Virus record (IMG/VR): IMGVR_UViG_3300025073_000027
Location: 32,001 to 96,000 of that record
Direction: 5' to 3' (one strand)
DNA: 64,000 nt
DNA from: a virus
Made by a program: the position numbers and the translations under genes. Under the pieces are notes generated by a model that worked only from the letters and a program-made list of their open reading frames with translations, was not told the origin of the DNA and made no database searches. This document shows positions 20,353 to 30,630 of this stretch, in pieces. Positions within the stretch are counted from its first letter, which is position 1. Every line of letters begins with the position of its first letter.

Positions 20353-21057
20353 ATGGCAAGACCTAGTAAATCGCAAGTTGCGGACTCTACAGATGTTTCA
20401 GTTGGAACAGTGAGTGGAGATAATATAAATCAAAATGATTTAATGGAATTAATTCGCGGATTACAATTAAAAATTGAAGAGCTTGAGAAGAAAAATAGTT
20501 CTCAAGGTGAAACGCCAATTGTAGGTAATTATGACGATGAAGAAAATGAATATGAAAATATAACTATTCGTCCTGATAAATATATCAAGGTGATGAGTTT
20601 AGATACATATCCTCTTAATTTAAGTACAGAGGGTAGGGGTAAAGGAAGAATTTTCCGATTTAATGAATTTGGTGAAATCAAACGTATACAGTACAGGTAT
20701 CTTTGTGACATTATTGAACATCAAAGAAATTTTCTTAAGGGTGGTAAATTTTATATTCTTAATCGTGCAGTAATTCATGAACAAGGATTGGAAGAAGAAT
20801 ATTCTAAAATTCTCACAAAAGAAAATATTGAAGTGATTTTGAATGGAAATGATCGAGATATAACTATTTCTTTATTTCAATCTGCTAATAAATCACAGCA
20901 AGAAGTTATTATTCAAATGTTAATTGATCGTAGGATTTCTGGACAAAACGTTGATTTAAATATTTGGGATAAAGTTAATCGATTAGCGGATTTTGATATG
21001 GAAGAAAAATATAAAGTTACGAAAGATTATTTGGATTCTGTAAATAAAAGTGAATAA
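20353..21057 (+). CDS. hypothetical morphogenesis protein
   Basis: AAGGAG SD; F..FGE motif; follows the capsid gene like SPbeta yonA. Confidence 0.6.
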   Translation: MARPSKSQVADSTDVSVGTVSGDNINQNDLMELIRGLQLKIEELEKKNSSQGETPIVGNYDDEENEYENITIRPDKYIKVMSLDTYPLNLSTEGRGKGRIFRFNEFGEIKRIQYRYLCDIIEHQRNFLKGGKFYILNRAVIHEQGLEEEYSKILTKENIEVILNGNDRDITISLFQSANKSQQEVIIQMLIDRRISGQNVDLNIWDKVNRLADFDMEEKYKVTKDYLDSVNKSE

Positions 21058-21077
21058 TATTATAGAAAGGAGGGCAA

Positions 21078-21533
21078 ATGACCACATCTTTAGAAAATAT
21101 AAGCGATTTATTTTTGTCCTTGAGTAATGATTTTAGATTAACTGCCCTCTATCAAACATCTGGTAGCGTAGCACTTAATGATTATTTAGAACCATTTTTA
21201 TTGTTTAGTATTGATGATTTTGCAGATATTTCTTCTCAAGATTTAACTTATTCTACAACCACACAATTGTTTACAGAAACATTGACTCAAAAAAATAAAA
21301 ATATTCTTGCTCAAATTATGACTAAATATCATTTGCAAAGAGAATTGCAAAATATTATGCAAATGACAAATTTCATTGTTGATAAAGATTTTAAAACTTA
21401 TTCTGCTGCAAATAATTTAAAAGAAAAAAGAGAATTATATAATGCAAAAAGAGAGGAAGTTAGCCAGTTGTTAATTGATTACGGGTATAAGAATAATGAT
21501 TGGGATTCTTGGGAATTACAAGAATTTTCATAA
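21078..21533 (+). CDS. putative head-tail adaptor
   Basis: Helical, 151 aa; DFKTYSAANNL motif; position. Confidence 0.55.
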   Translation: MTTSLENISDLFLSLSNDFRLTALYQTSGSVALNDYLEPFLLFSIDDFADISSQDLTYSTTTQLFTETLTQKNKNILAQIMTKYHLQRELQNIMQMTNFIVDKDFKTYSAANNLKEKRELYNAKREEVSQLLIDYGYKNNDWDSWELQEFS

Positions 21534-21542
21534 GGAGGATAA

Positions 21543-22580
21543 ATGGCATACAAGTATTTCCTTTCGGGGAGTCCAATTACTTTTTATTCTCCTAATGAAT
21601 CTTTTGTAAATGATTTTAATGCATATCTTACTGCTGAATTTGCTAATGCTTCCAATGTTTATACTATACAAAAAGAATCATCTTTTGCTTCTGGTTCATA
21701 TGTTCCAATTCAAGTAAGAATAAATACAGCAATAGATTCTGAAACAGGTCAAAAATTAGGTGATGACTTTAAAGTTATTTTATTTAAAACTTTGTCGGAT
21801 GCGGGTTCAATGGGAAGTAAGTATTATTTTGATGATAATTATTGGTTGACAATAAACACAGAAGTTACTAAAAATTTAGCTGCTTCTTTAACGGTTCGTA
21901 GGTGTAATAATGTTTTAAGATGGACAAATTCAAGTGGTAGTCAATTGTCAGAACATTGTATTTTTGACTATCGTATAGCATCTCCAAAAAATACTTATAG
22001 GAGTGATCCGCTTATACCGGATGGGACTATTCGTTTATATTGCCAACTAAATTCGAAAACTAGACAAATTAAAGAAAATCAACGTTTTCTCTTTGGTTCA
22101 TCGGGGAATTTTTCGGCATGGCGCGTGTATGGTGCTGGAATATTGTCATTTTTAAATAATGAAACAGAAAATAACGAATCGGCACAAATTGTAGAATTTG
22201 CTATGGGTAAATCATTTATTAATGAGGATACTGATGATTTAGTGGGTGGATATGTAGACGCATATAAAATTTTAGCTTCTGGTTCTACTATTGAAAATAA
22301 TATTCAAATCACACCTACTAGCGGTTCTATTTTAGAAAATGATACTCAAACATATGAAGTGTATTTAGTGTCAGGATCTACAATACTCCCAAATACTTTT
22401 ACTTTTGAAATTTCTGGTTCAACTACGGTGGTTTCAACAAAATATTCTTTTGCCGCTATTGATGATAATTCATTTTCGGTTGAAAATATATCTCAAGATT
22501 TAGATAATTCTATATTTATTAATTGTGTTTCGGGTAGTTATTTAAGAGTTAAAGAATTGTGGTTGCGTGGAATGTGGTAA
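21543..22580 (+). CDS. putative neck / head-closure protein with C-terminal Ig-like extension
   Basis: RRCNNVLRW motif; position; Ser/Thr-rich C-terminus. Confidence 0.55.
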   Translation: MAYKYFLSGSPITFYSPNESFVNDFNAYLTAEFANASNVYTIQKESSFASGSYVPIQVRINTAIDSETGQKLGDDFKVILFKTLSDAGSMGSKYYFDDNYWLTINTEVTKNLAASLTVRRCNNVLRWTNSSGSQLSEHCIFDYRIASPKNTYRSDPLIPDGTIRLYCQLNSKTRQIKENQRFLFGSSGNFSAWRVYGAGILSFLNNETENNESAQIVEFAMGKSFINEDTDDLVGGYVDAYKILASGSTIENNIQITPTSGSILENDTQTYEVYLVSGSTILPNTFTFEISGSTTVVSTKYSFAAIDDNSFSVENISQDLDNSIFINCVSGSYLRVKELWLRGMW

Positions 22581-22582
22581 GT

Positions 22583-22695
22583 AGATAGGTTTCATCTGAT
22601 CAATGAAACTGAAAAAGGATGGTTTTCCCTCTAATCATCCTTTCTTTAATTTAATTATATTTATGAAAAAGAGGGAAATAATTGGAGGGAATATA
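22583..22695 (+). promoter_or_regulatory. endonuclease-leader RNA element B
   Basis: P2 GGTTTCAT/ATGAAACT; GAAAAA; P3 GGATGGTT/AATCATCC; loop TTCCCTCT matches AGAGGGAA 22670-77 and SD GGAGGGAA 22684-91. Confidence 0.65.
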
Positions 22696-23472
22696 ATGAT
22701 AATTAATGGCGATATGGTGAGCAATATAATTATAAGTGGTATTTATTGCATTGAGAATATTATTGATGGTAAAAAATATATTGGATATTCAGAAAATATA
22801 TATAAACGATGGAAATTTCATATTATGAATTTAAATGGTAATTATCATAAAAACGCTTATTTGAATCATGCCTGGAATAAGTATGGAGAAGAAAATTTTA
22901 AGTTTTGGGTAATAGAAGAATATATTAATGATCCACAATTATTGAAATTAATGGAAACTTATTTTATTGTTTATTATGAATCTTTTATAGATTTTGGGAA
23001 AGGATATAATTTAACATTGGGAGGAGAAGGATTATTTAATATTTCTAATTTAACTAGGAAAAAAATGTCTAAAAAAGGAATTAATAATCCTAATTATGGA
23101 AGAAAAGTATCATTAGAAGTTAGAAAAAAAATGTCTAATACACATAAATTATTAACTTTTTCAGAAAACCATCGAAAAAATCTTTCTATATCTGTAACCA
23201 AATATTTAAATGAAAATCGGGAAAAATATATTGGTGAAAACAATCCATTTTACGGAAAACAACATTCAGATGAACAAAAACAAAAATGGTCTGAAATGCG
23301 TAAAGGTAAAAGAAATGGTGGTGAAAAATTGAGTGTTGAAAATGTAATAGAGATAAAAAAAATGTTAATGAATGGAATAATGGGATGTGAAATTGCTAAA
23401 ATCTTTAATACATCTAAATCTAATATATCAAGTATTAAAAATGGTTTAACTTGGGGAGATATAATATTATGA
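22696..23472 (+). CDS. free-standing GIY-YIG homing endonuclease with NUMOD3 repeats and C-terminal HTH
   Basis: SGIYCIEN..KKYIGYS, R...H, E, GYNLT.GG, NPFYGKQHS; probable start ATG 22696 after GGAGG. Confidence 0.9.
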   Translation: MIINGDMVSNIIISGIYCIENIIDGKKYIGYSENIYKRWKFHIMNLNGNYHKNAYLNHAWNKYGEENFKFWVIEEYINDPQLLKLMETYFIVYYESFIDFGKGYNLTLGGEGLFNISNLTRKKMSKKGINNPNYGRKVSLEVRKKMSNTHKLLTFSENHRKNLSISVTKYLNENREKYIGENNPFYGKQHSDEQKQKWSEMRKGKRNGGEKLSVENVIEIKKMLMNGIMGCEIAKIFNTSKSNISSIKNGLTWGDIIL

Positions 23473-23506
23473 TAATTATTAATTTTTATAATGGGGAAAT
23501 TTATTA

Positions 23507-24307
23507 ATGTCTCCTATACAATTGCATCCTCGTCAGTTGGATCTTATCAAGCTTTCCGGTTCACACATTCGCAGAGAAGGTGCATTACCAGATCAAAAAT
23601 TAGGGGTAACGAGTGGTTCATCATCCATTTATTCTGTTTTTCTTTCAGATGGTGCAGGGGGAGCATATTGGGGAAATATGGGGGGTGAATTTGCTCATAA
23701 AATTACTGTTTTTCATTATGATGGTTCACCTGCTGAATTTTTTGAAGTAACGGATGCTGGTTGGGATTTAGCGGCAGCAGAATGTAGTGCATATGACACA
23801 ATGGTCAGCCCGCCTGCTGTTTACAGTACATCTCATACAGTACCGAATCAAGTTGCATATTTGGGAGCCGGGACACTCTCCACCAGGCATACGGGCAAGG
23901 TCACAATTGGAGCGGGCTGCTATATTCGAGATATAAATATTGTCAGAAGTGCCAACGATGAGAATGATCTTGACGGAATGGATGGTCCATCATCGGGAGA
24001 ATCATATCTCAATACGGTTAATATAACAGTTACGCAATTGGGGGCAGGCAACGCCAATGCTATCAACCTGGGGGTAGGTACGTTAAAAACTAGGGAGTGC
24101 TATTTGCGAGCGATTGTGGATGGAGCAGGAAGAGCGTCAGGTTTGTCATGTTCAGGTGATGGGATAGCATGGCTTCAACAGTCTGAAATGATCGCTTTGG
24201 CTGGCGAGACTGGTACGGCCTATGGCTGTTACCGAACATTGGGAACGGTATATATTATTGGCGGTCAGTGTATTGGCACAACCGCACCTACTTATAGTGA
24301 GGCATGA
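23507..24307 (+). CDS. tail-fibre-associated protein (beta-helix-like C-terminus)
   Basis: SDGAGGAYW fibre motif; Gly/Ala-rich beta repeats; GC rises from about 23790. Confidence 0.55.
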   Translation: MSPIQLHPRQLDLIKLSGSHIRREGALPDQKLGVTSGSSSIYSVFLSDGAGGAYWGNMGGEFAHKITVFHYDGSPAEFFEVTDAGWDLAAAECSAYDTMVSPPAVYSTSHTVPNQVAYLGAGTLSTRHTGKVTIGAGCYIRDINIVRSANDENDLDGMDGPSSGESYLNTVNITVTQLGAGNANAINLGVGTLKTRECYLRAIVDGAGRASGLSCSGDGIAWLQQSEMIALAGETGTAYGCYRTLGTVYIIGGQCIGTTAPTYSEA

Positions 24308-24308
24308 A

Positions 24309-25322
24309 ATGACAGGTACAATTACATGGATGACGGGATTTAATCGGAATATACCACTCAATTCGGTGGATTATAGCGGCGCAATTACAAGAGATACAGA
24401 ATATTATCGTACAGGAACTGCATCGCTGAAACTTTATACATGGAACGAACCCGCATATTGGGTACGACATCAAATTGCAGGATCACCAGACAATCCAAGC
24501 ATTGCTATTGCTATTAATCCGCACGATTATTTCAGTTACAACGTAGAGAATTTTCCTAAAATATATTTACGGAGGGATATTGATACCTATTTTGAACTGA
24601 GATGGAATTTCGACACGCATACAATGGATTTATATATTGATGACGCGCTAGCACAGGCTGGAGGTATTGAGGTATCGCAAAATGATTGGTTTCACCTGCA
24701 ATGGAAGATAGATCCGGATGGGGATAAAATCTATGTCAAGATAGATGGCCATGTTTCAATTGATTATGATTACACTGAAGCATATACATTTGATTATTGC
24801 TATTTGGTAGGTGGTAAATATGCATTACTGGATACGTACGAATGTTATTTCGATGATTGGTGCATTGGCTATGGTGATTATTTTGGTGATGTTCGGATTG
24901 AATCGCTTACACCAGAGGCCGATGATACTGTGCAATGGGACAGGTCAGCGGGAACGACAAATTATGAGAATGTTGATGAAACACCGCAATCAGATACAGA
25001 TTACAATTATACACGGGTAGATGCGGAATATGACAAGATGGATGTGACAGATTTTGTCACACCCGATCCTGTAACTGGAATAGCAAAACAGGTTATTGCC
25101 GTGATGCCTTGGGTACGTGCTAAGGTTGATGTTGCAACGGGTGAATATATCAAGGTTGGTGTAGACAGCGCAAGCACGATTGATACCACCACTCATGCCC
25201 TGGCATACTCGTATGAAATATATGAGCATATTATGCAGATCAATCCGGCTGACAGCGCAGCTTGGGAAGATGCTGATATTGATGCGTTGTTGCTGTATTA
25301 TGAGGCAGCGTTAGGAGCATAA
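24309..25322 (+). CDS. structural protein paralog 1 (putative ConA-like lectin domain plus shared C-terminal domain)
   Basis: ATG 24309 in frame; C-terminus NYENVDETPQSDTDY...NPADSAAWEDADID. Confidence 0.6.
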   Translation: MTGTITWMTGFNRNIPLNSVDYSGAITRDTEYYRTGTASLKLYTWNEPAYWVRHQIAGSPDNPSIAIAINPHDYFSYNVENFPKIYLRRDIDTYFELRWNFDTHTMDLYIDDALAQAGGIEVSQNDWFHLQWKIDPDGDKIYVKIDGHVSIDYDYTEAYTFDYCYLVGGKYALLDTYECYFDDWCIGYGDYFGDVRIESLTPEADDTVQWDRSAGTTNYENVDETPQSDTDYNYTRVDAEYDKMDVTDFVTPDPVTGIAKQVIAVMPWVRAKVDVATGEYIKVGVDSASTIDTTTHALAYSYEIYEHIMQINPADSAAWEDADIDALLLYYEAALGA

Positions 25323-26315
25323 ATGACTTATTTAATGACTTATGATGGCAATATTGGTGGAGTACCAGTTCCGAGCGGTTATTATGTAGGTGCATCAATT
25401 TATGCTGGATATGCTATAACGGGAACTTACTCGACACGAATATATAGTAACTCCTCCGCAGAGGTTTATATTAATTTTCCATATCCGAATACATCAAGTC
25501 CAGCGGTATCAATGTGGTTATATTTAACGGGTTTGGCTTGGACACATAGTTCATATTGTAAAATACAATTTTTGATCGGTAGCCTGTATGTTGGATTATT
25601 GTGGAATGGAACGAATAAAACTTTTGATCTCTATGTAAATGGTTCTAAAGTGGCCGATGGGACTGTATTTCTCGATTCTCAAAGCCTGTTTAATCTCAGA
25701 ATCTATGGAACGATTGCTGATTCTGGTGGAATAACAGTCAAAATTAATGGGGAAACTTCAATCGAATATAGTGGAGACACCAAGCCTGGATCGGACACGG
25801 AAGTAACAATGCTCTATTTTTGGACAAAAGGCGCTCTTGGAGCTTCTAGCGGTGTTTATATCTCAAGTTTATCCATCAATGACGGTGGAACTGATCCAGG
25901 AGATCGGCGGGCGCAGGTGCTAATGCCTGATGGTGACAGTAGCGTTCAGTGGACACCATCAACGGGATCAGACAACTATGCTACGGTAGATGAAGTTCCA
26001 TTGAGTGATACTGATTATCTGGAGACATCCACGGATGGACATAAAGACCTACTAACACTGGAGGATTTTGACGGAACAGACAGAACGATTGCAGGTGTAA
26101 CCAAGTTCGTGCGAGCGTGGAAAACAACCGCAGATGCACAGACATTATATAATGGCGTGAATAGTGGCTCTACTGAATCATATACCGAACATGAACTGGA
26201 AACAGCGGCAATATATTTTTATCATGGCATGGCGACCAACCCGGATGATAGCGCAGCCTGGGAAGATGCTGATATTGACGGGCTGCTTGCCATGCATCAA
26301 GCAGTTATACCGTAA
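25323..26315 (+). CDS. structural protein paralog 2
   Basis: C-terminus NYATVDEVPLSDTDY...NPDDSAAWEDADID. Confidence 0.6.
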   Translation: MTYLMTYDGNIGGVPVPSGYYVGASIYAGYAITGTYSTRIYSNSSAEVYINFPYPNTSSPAVSMWLYLTGLAWTHSSYCKIQFLIGSLYVGLLWNGTNKTFDLYVNGSKVADGTVFLDSQSLFNLRIYGTIADSGGITVKINGETSIEYSGDTKPGSDTEVTMLYFWTKGALGASSGVYISSLSINDGGTDPGDRRAQVLMPDGDSSVQWTPSTGSDNYATVDEVPLSDTDYLETSTDGHKDLLTLEDFDGTDRTIAGVTKFVRAWKTTADAQTLYNGVNSGSTESYTEHELETAAIYFYHGMATNPDDSAAWEDADIDGLLAMHQAVIP

Positions 26316-26734
26316 TGGCACAAAGAGTTAGCCAGACTGGGATCATTGTTGAATACACAGTTGATGACCATGCAATCCGGGCAAGTCAGACCGGTGTAAT
26401 CATTGAGTATGAGCCACAACCTGGCTGGCAGGTGTCACAGGCTGGCGTTGAGACAGCCTGGATACCACAACCGCCTCGTGAAATCTCAGTCTCACAGGCA
26501 GGCATTGAGATTGGGCAACAGCCCGAATATACTGATGTGCTGGTATCACAGGCTGGTATTGATGTTGCGTGGATACCATTTGTTGATACAACGGGTGAGA
26601 TTTATATCTATTTAACGCATTTAGGAACAACTATATTAGAAGATGGTATTTATTCCTTTGGATGTAGATTGGATACACAATATGATTACAGTGGGAGTGC
26701 AATTTATCAATATGGTGTAGATTGGGAACATTAA
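26315..26734 (+). CDS. structural protein with five (V/A)SQ(T/A)G repeats
   Basis: RVSQTG, RASQTG, QVSQAG, SVSQAG, LVSQAG. Confidence 0.6.
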   Translation: MAQRVSQTGIIVEYTVDDHAIRASQTGVIIEYEPQPGWQVSQAGVETAWIPQPPREISVSQAGIEIGQQPEYTDVLVSQAGIDVAWIPFVDTTGEIYIYLTHLGTTILEDGIYSFGCRLDTQYDYSGSAIYQYGVDWEH

Positions 26735-26747
26735 TGGGAGAATTAAA

Positions 26748-28505
26748 ATGAGCGATTACACACCTTTACCGGGAGATAGAAGCCCATATAAAACAAATAT
26801 TGCAGGAGTTCCACATGCTGATGATTGGGATGATGGTGATAGTCATCATGCGCCTATAACCTTGGGGAGTGGAGGAGATTCAGCATTATCTTTAGATGGG
26901 CAAGAATTAACATTAGCAGATGTTCTTACTCCTACTGAACATACTGCTATTGGCAATGGTTCTCCTCATCATGCGCCTATAACGTTGGCAGATGGAAGTT
27001 CTGGATCATTAATAGGACAAGAACTTGATTTAACTGGACTTGTTGAACATCCAATTATTTTAGAGACATTATCAATTTTAACGATATCTAGTGGATCTTG
27101 TACGGTAAGTAAGGATTATCACATTATTGCTGCCGAGTCTGGGACTACAGATGATCTCGTTACTATCAATGGGGGAGTAGATCGTCAAGTATTAGCAATC
27201 CAAGCAGATGCAGGTGATACCATTACAGTCAAGCATGGAACAGGTAATGTTTATCTGAATGGTGAAGCTGACTTTGATCTATCTGGAGACAAGAGTTTAT
27301 TGTTATTTTATGATGGAACAAATTGGAGTGACTTGGGTGCTGGTGGGAGTAGTGGAGTGTTAGTCGATCACGATCATTCTGGCGATGTTGGAGATGGTGG
27401 TACATTTGATGCGGCTAATTTAACCAGTGGTAGTGCAAGTGTTGGTGATGTGTTAACTTCTGATGGTGTAGGTGGAGCGGCATGGGAAGCATCAGCAGCA
27501 GGTATTGATCCTTATGATCTTGATCCGGAAGCAAATGGAGTAGCTGATCCTGGTACATCGGGTAGTTATAGTCGTGGTGATCATGTTCACACTTCGGGAT
27601 CGGGTGATGGCGATATGACTAAAGCAGTTTACGATATTGATGCTAATGGGGTTATAGATATTGCAGCAGGAGGAACAGGTGCAACTACTGCTCAGGCTGC
27701 AATTGATGCATTGACTAATGTGTCAGCAGCTACAAATGAACATGTGTTAACTAAAGATACAACAACAGGTAGTGCAATATTTAAAGAGGCGGCCAGCGGA
27801 AGTGGCGATAGCACCTATACAGATGCTTATGCCAGCAGGCCAGCGGCGAGTAATGATGGGGATTTATTCTTTCCAAATGATAGCTTTTATGTTCAACGGG
27901 ACACCGGAGCAGCTTGGGCATCCTGGGGTCCTATATTCCCATTAACACCGCTAGTAAATGATGATTTCGCATGGGTCAATCAGGGTGATGCAACTGTATC
28001 AGTGGTGAATGGCGGAGTATATTTAGAAAAGCCAGCAGCAACCGGGCAAAGTTTGAGAATACGAAAAAAGGCAGTACCATCCACGCCTTATACAATAGAT
28101 GTTTTAATGATACCAACCAGAGCGCCCGTCCAAGTGGCTGAATGGGGTATAGGTTGGCGACAGAGTAGTGACGGAAAATTGGCAGTATTGATGTTTCAGA
28201 CAAGCGTAACGCCTAATGTAACTGTATATTCTGGAAAATTCACTAATGAGACAACATGGAGCGCGGTATATCCTTCAGCGACTCTAGCATTAACTTCGTG
28301 GAATGTACCTCCTATATTTTGGAGGATTGAAGATAACGCGACCAACCGGATTATTAGTTATTCATGGGATGGGATACACTTTATGCCGTGGCACAGTATA
28401 GGGCGAACTGATTTTTTGACTGCCGATGAAGTTATTTTCTATGTATGTCCAAACCATGCAACAAATAAAATTGGTTTGAACATTCTAAGTTGGAAAGAGG
28501 CATGA
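26748..28505 (+). CDS. tail fibre protein
   Basis: GDVLTSDG.GGAAW, RGDHVH, GGTGATTA..A...L fibre motifs; duplicated HHAPITL; distinct C-terminal domain. Confidence 0.75.
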   Translation: MSDYTPLPGDRSPYKTNIAGVPHADDWDDGDSHHAPITLGSGGDSALSLDGQELTLADVLTPTEHTAIGNGSPHHAPITLADGSSGSLIGQELDLTGLVEHPIILETLSILTISSGSCTVSKDYHIIAAESGTTDDLVTINGGVDRQVLAIQADAGDTITVKHGTGNVYLNGEADFDLSGDKSLLLFYDGTNWSDLGAGGSSGVLVDHDHSGDVGDGGTFDAANLTSGSASVGDVLTSDGVGGAAWEASAAGIDPYDLDPEANGVADPGTSGSYSRGDHVHTSGSGDGDMTKAVYDIDANGVIDIAAGGTGATTAQAAIDALTNVSAATNEHVLTKDTTTGSAIFKEAASGSGDSTYTDAYASRPAASNDGDLFFPNDSFYVQRDTGAAWASWGPIFPLTPLVNDDFAWVNQGDATVSVVNGGVYLEKPAATGQSLRIRKKAVPSTPYTIDVLMIPTRAPVQVAEWGIGWRQSSDGKLAVLMFQTSVTPNVTVYSGKFTNETTWSAVYPSATLALTSWNVPPIFWRIEDNATNRIISYSWDGIHFMPWHSIGRTDFLTADEVIFYVCPNHATNKIGLNILSWKEA

Positions 28506-28597
28506 AACCCATTACCCACATCTTCATCGCCGCACAGTTCGCAGACATCGCTATGACAATTACTGGAATGGGCCAAGGGTGCAAATATTTTAAATAA
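28502..28597 (+). pseudogene. truncated GC-rich homolog of the downstream membrane protein
   Basis: MKPITHIFIAAQFADIAMTITG aligns with WLIIAQFLDILTTFIG of 28739..29071, then degrades into AT-rich sequence. Confidence 0.6.
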
Positions 28598-28674
28598 TAA
28601 GTTTAATATTAAATAAAATATAATAATTTTTTATATTGAACATTACAATATAAATAATAATTAATAATATATAA

Positions 28675-28692
28675 ATAAAATATTGATTTTAT
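28675..28692. repeat. ATAAAA-N6-TTTTAT palindrome (spacer TATTGA)
   Basis: Exact copy, but within a very AT-rich spacer region. Confidence 0.5.
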
Positions 28693-28738
28693 TACAAAAT
28701 TGTCAAGGTCTTGTTAATAAGGATAACAATAATAAATA

Positions 28739-29071
28739 ATGATAAATTATAATAAGATACAAAATAATATATTTAAACATCCTTTTTATATTAGAATAAT
28801 AAATTTAAAAAGGGTATCTTATTGGTTAATTATAGCACAATTCTTAGATATACTAACAACTTTTATTGGTGTTAGTTTAATGGGATTGATGGAATTAAAT
28901 CCTATGGGATTTACATTTCAAATAGTAATGTTAAAAATATTAATAACTTTTTTAGTGGTATATGTATTAGAACATGAAAAATATTTTAAATTTATGTGGG
29001 CTGTTCCAATTACAGTATTAATATTTCCTTTATGGAATTTATTAAATATTGTTTTAGATTTAATATTATAA
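28739..29071 (+). CDS. DUF5658-like membrane protein
   Basis: D..TT..G...G..E.NP motif; three hydrophobic segments. Confidence 0.65.
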   Translation: MINYNKIQNNIFKHPFYIRIINLKRVSYWLIIAQFLDILTTFIGVSLMGLMELNPMGFTFQIVMLKILITFLVVYVLEHEKYFKFMWAVPITVLIFPLWNLLNIVLDLIL

Positions 29072-29095
29072 TGGTAAAAAAAATAAATGGATTAA

Positions 29096-29127
29096 ATTGC
29101 TACGCATATTCATTTATGCGTAGCAAT
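29096..29127 (+). terminator. stem-loop
   Basis: ATTGCTACGCATA-ttcatt-TATGCGTAGCAAT; no clear U tract. Confidence 0.45.
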
Positions 29128-29160
29128 ATATTAAATTTGAAAAAGAAAGGAGGATAATGG

Positions 29161-29703
29161 ATGCCAGAATATAATCAATATGAACAATTGCCAAATCTTC
29201 CTTATAATTGTATAAAATATTTAATGGAAAATAGTGAGTTGGCATTCCGCTTACTTCAATATAATGACGGAAACGCCTGGAAACTAGATGTAACTCATCC
29301 TAATTTAACAACTGCTGAAAAGGGTGCGTTAATTTATGATGGAGTTAAAAGTCAAACTGATTGTAGAATATTTATGACTGCGGGAATTGATAGTGCTTGG
29401 ACTGAACAAGTTTGTCAATTACGCATTAGTATTCTTGAGGTTTATCCTTCTAATCATATTGTTGGTAATGTATTAATAGGAATGGAAGTATATCCTCATG
29501 CTTTAGTATCTCAACTTTCAAATTATACTACGCGAGCAGATTTAATGATACAAGAATTGATACGTGTATTTAATGGGGCAGAAATAGGTGGATTAGGATA
29601 TTTATTTTTTGATGCTTCCAAAAATTCACGTTGTAGGATGATGTCGATTGGTGCATCTCCTTTTATTGGAAAAGCAATTTCTTTCGCTAATTGGGTAATT
29701 TAG
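29161..29703 (+). CDS. putative tail terminator/completion protein
   Basis: Position before the major tail gene; FNG...GGLG.L.F motif. Confidence 0.5.
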   Translation: MPEYNQYEQLPNLPYNCIKYLMENSELAFRLLQYNDGNAWKLDVTHPNLTTAEKGALIYDGVKSQTDCRIFMTAGIDSAWTEQVCQLRISILEVYPSNHIVGNVLIGMEVYPHALVSQLSNYTTRADLMIQELIRVFNGAEIGGLGYLFFDASKNSRCRMMSIGASPFIGKAISFANWVI

Positions 29704-29716
29704 GAGGTGTTCATGG

Positions 29717-30562
29717 ATGGATGATATCGAAAAGATATATGATTCCAAGAGAGATTTATGGGGGCAAGCACAAATTTATAAAAATATAAATTTTTATCCC
29801 ATACGATTAAAAGATACTCATGCTCAAAATCTTTATTATAAATTGTTTCAATATCCTAAAAATTTTATTAATGAAAAACAAATAGTTAAAGCAAGTTATT
29901 TGAAATATTTATTATTATTTATTCAACAATCTATGAATCCTGATGGCAGGGAAATCCAAGACGGATTGATAGATTTTTTAAAATTGGTAACTCAAAGCGA
30001 AAAAATAGAAATAGAATATAAATTGATAAATATACCAGATGAGCAGAAACAAGATATATTAAATCGAATGGTAATAACCATAGATATAGATGGCATTATT
30101 TTCACAGAAAAAGATTTCGATATTATTAGAGAAATTATTCTTAGGCAAAATGGTTTATCGACAAAATTTATAGAAGAATATAATCCTGAATTAGAAAGAC
30201 ATTTACAATATGTGAATAGCAAATTCGATGATCTTTCTTTAGAAGATGAAGTGATTTTATTTTCTGTAATGATGGGTAAAAACTTAATGGAAATAGAAAA
30301 TTATACTCTTTATCAATTTCGTAAGAGTATGGAAAGATTATTGTTGCTACATAATTTTGATTTATATAGTCCTTTAGAAATATCTGGGCAAATAAAAAGT
30401 AAAGATGGATCAGAAATTGTAAAACATTATTTTTCGGCTATTAATAAAAATTCAGGTAGATATTCAAATATTATGATAGAAAAAGATGAATTTTTGAATA
30501 GTAATCCATATTTACCAGATGAAAATGGTGTAATACGAGATTCTATGGGAAGTGTAAAATAA
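29717..30562 (+). CDS. putative tail assembly protein
   Basis: FDIIREIILRQN and IENYTLYQF motifs; position. Confidence 0.5.
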   Translation: MDDIEKIYDSKRDLWGQAQIYKNINFYPIRLKDTHAQNLYYKLFQYPKNFINEKQIVKASYLKYLLLFIQQSMNPDGREIQDGLIDFLKLVTQSEKIEIEYKLINIPDEQKQDILNRMVITIDIDGIIFTEKDFDIIREIILRQNGLSTKFIEEYNPELERHLQYVNSKFDDLSLEDEVILFSVMMGKNLMEIENYTLYQFRKSMERLLLLHNFDLYSPLEISGQIKSKDGSEIVKHYFSAINKNSGRYSNIMIEKDEFLNSNPYLPDENGVIRDSMGSVK

Positions 30563-30630
30563 ATTATTAAATATTAAATTTAGTAATGTATAAATAAATT
30601 TAATATAAGAAAAAAGGAGAAAAAAATAAT

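Noticed and set aside
22588-22616. CTGATCA...GAAAC resembles a hammerhead ribozyme core
   Set aside because: Core is not CUGANGA and the stem arrangement does not fit; treated as part of leader element B
22603-22695. ORF-track N-terminal extensions of the GIY-YIG gene (22603) and HNH gene (33651)
   Set aside because: These ATGs lie inside the structured leaders; good SDs favour starts at 22696 and 33732
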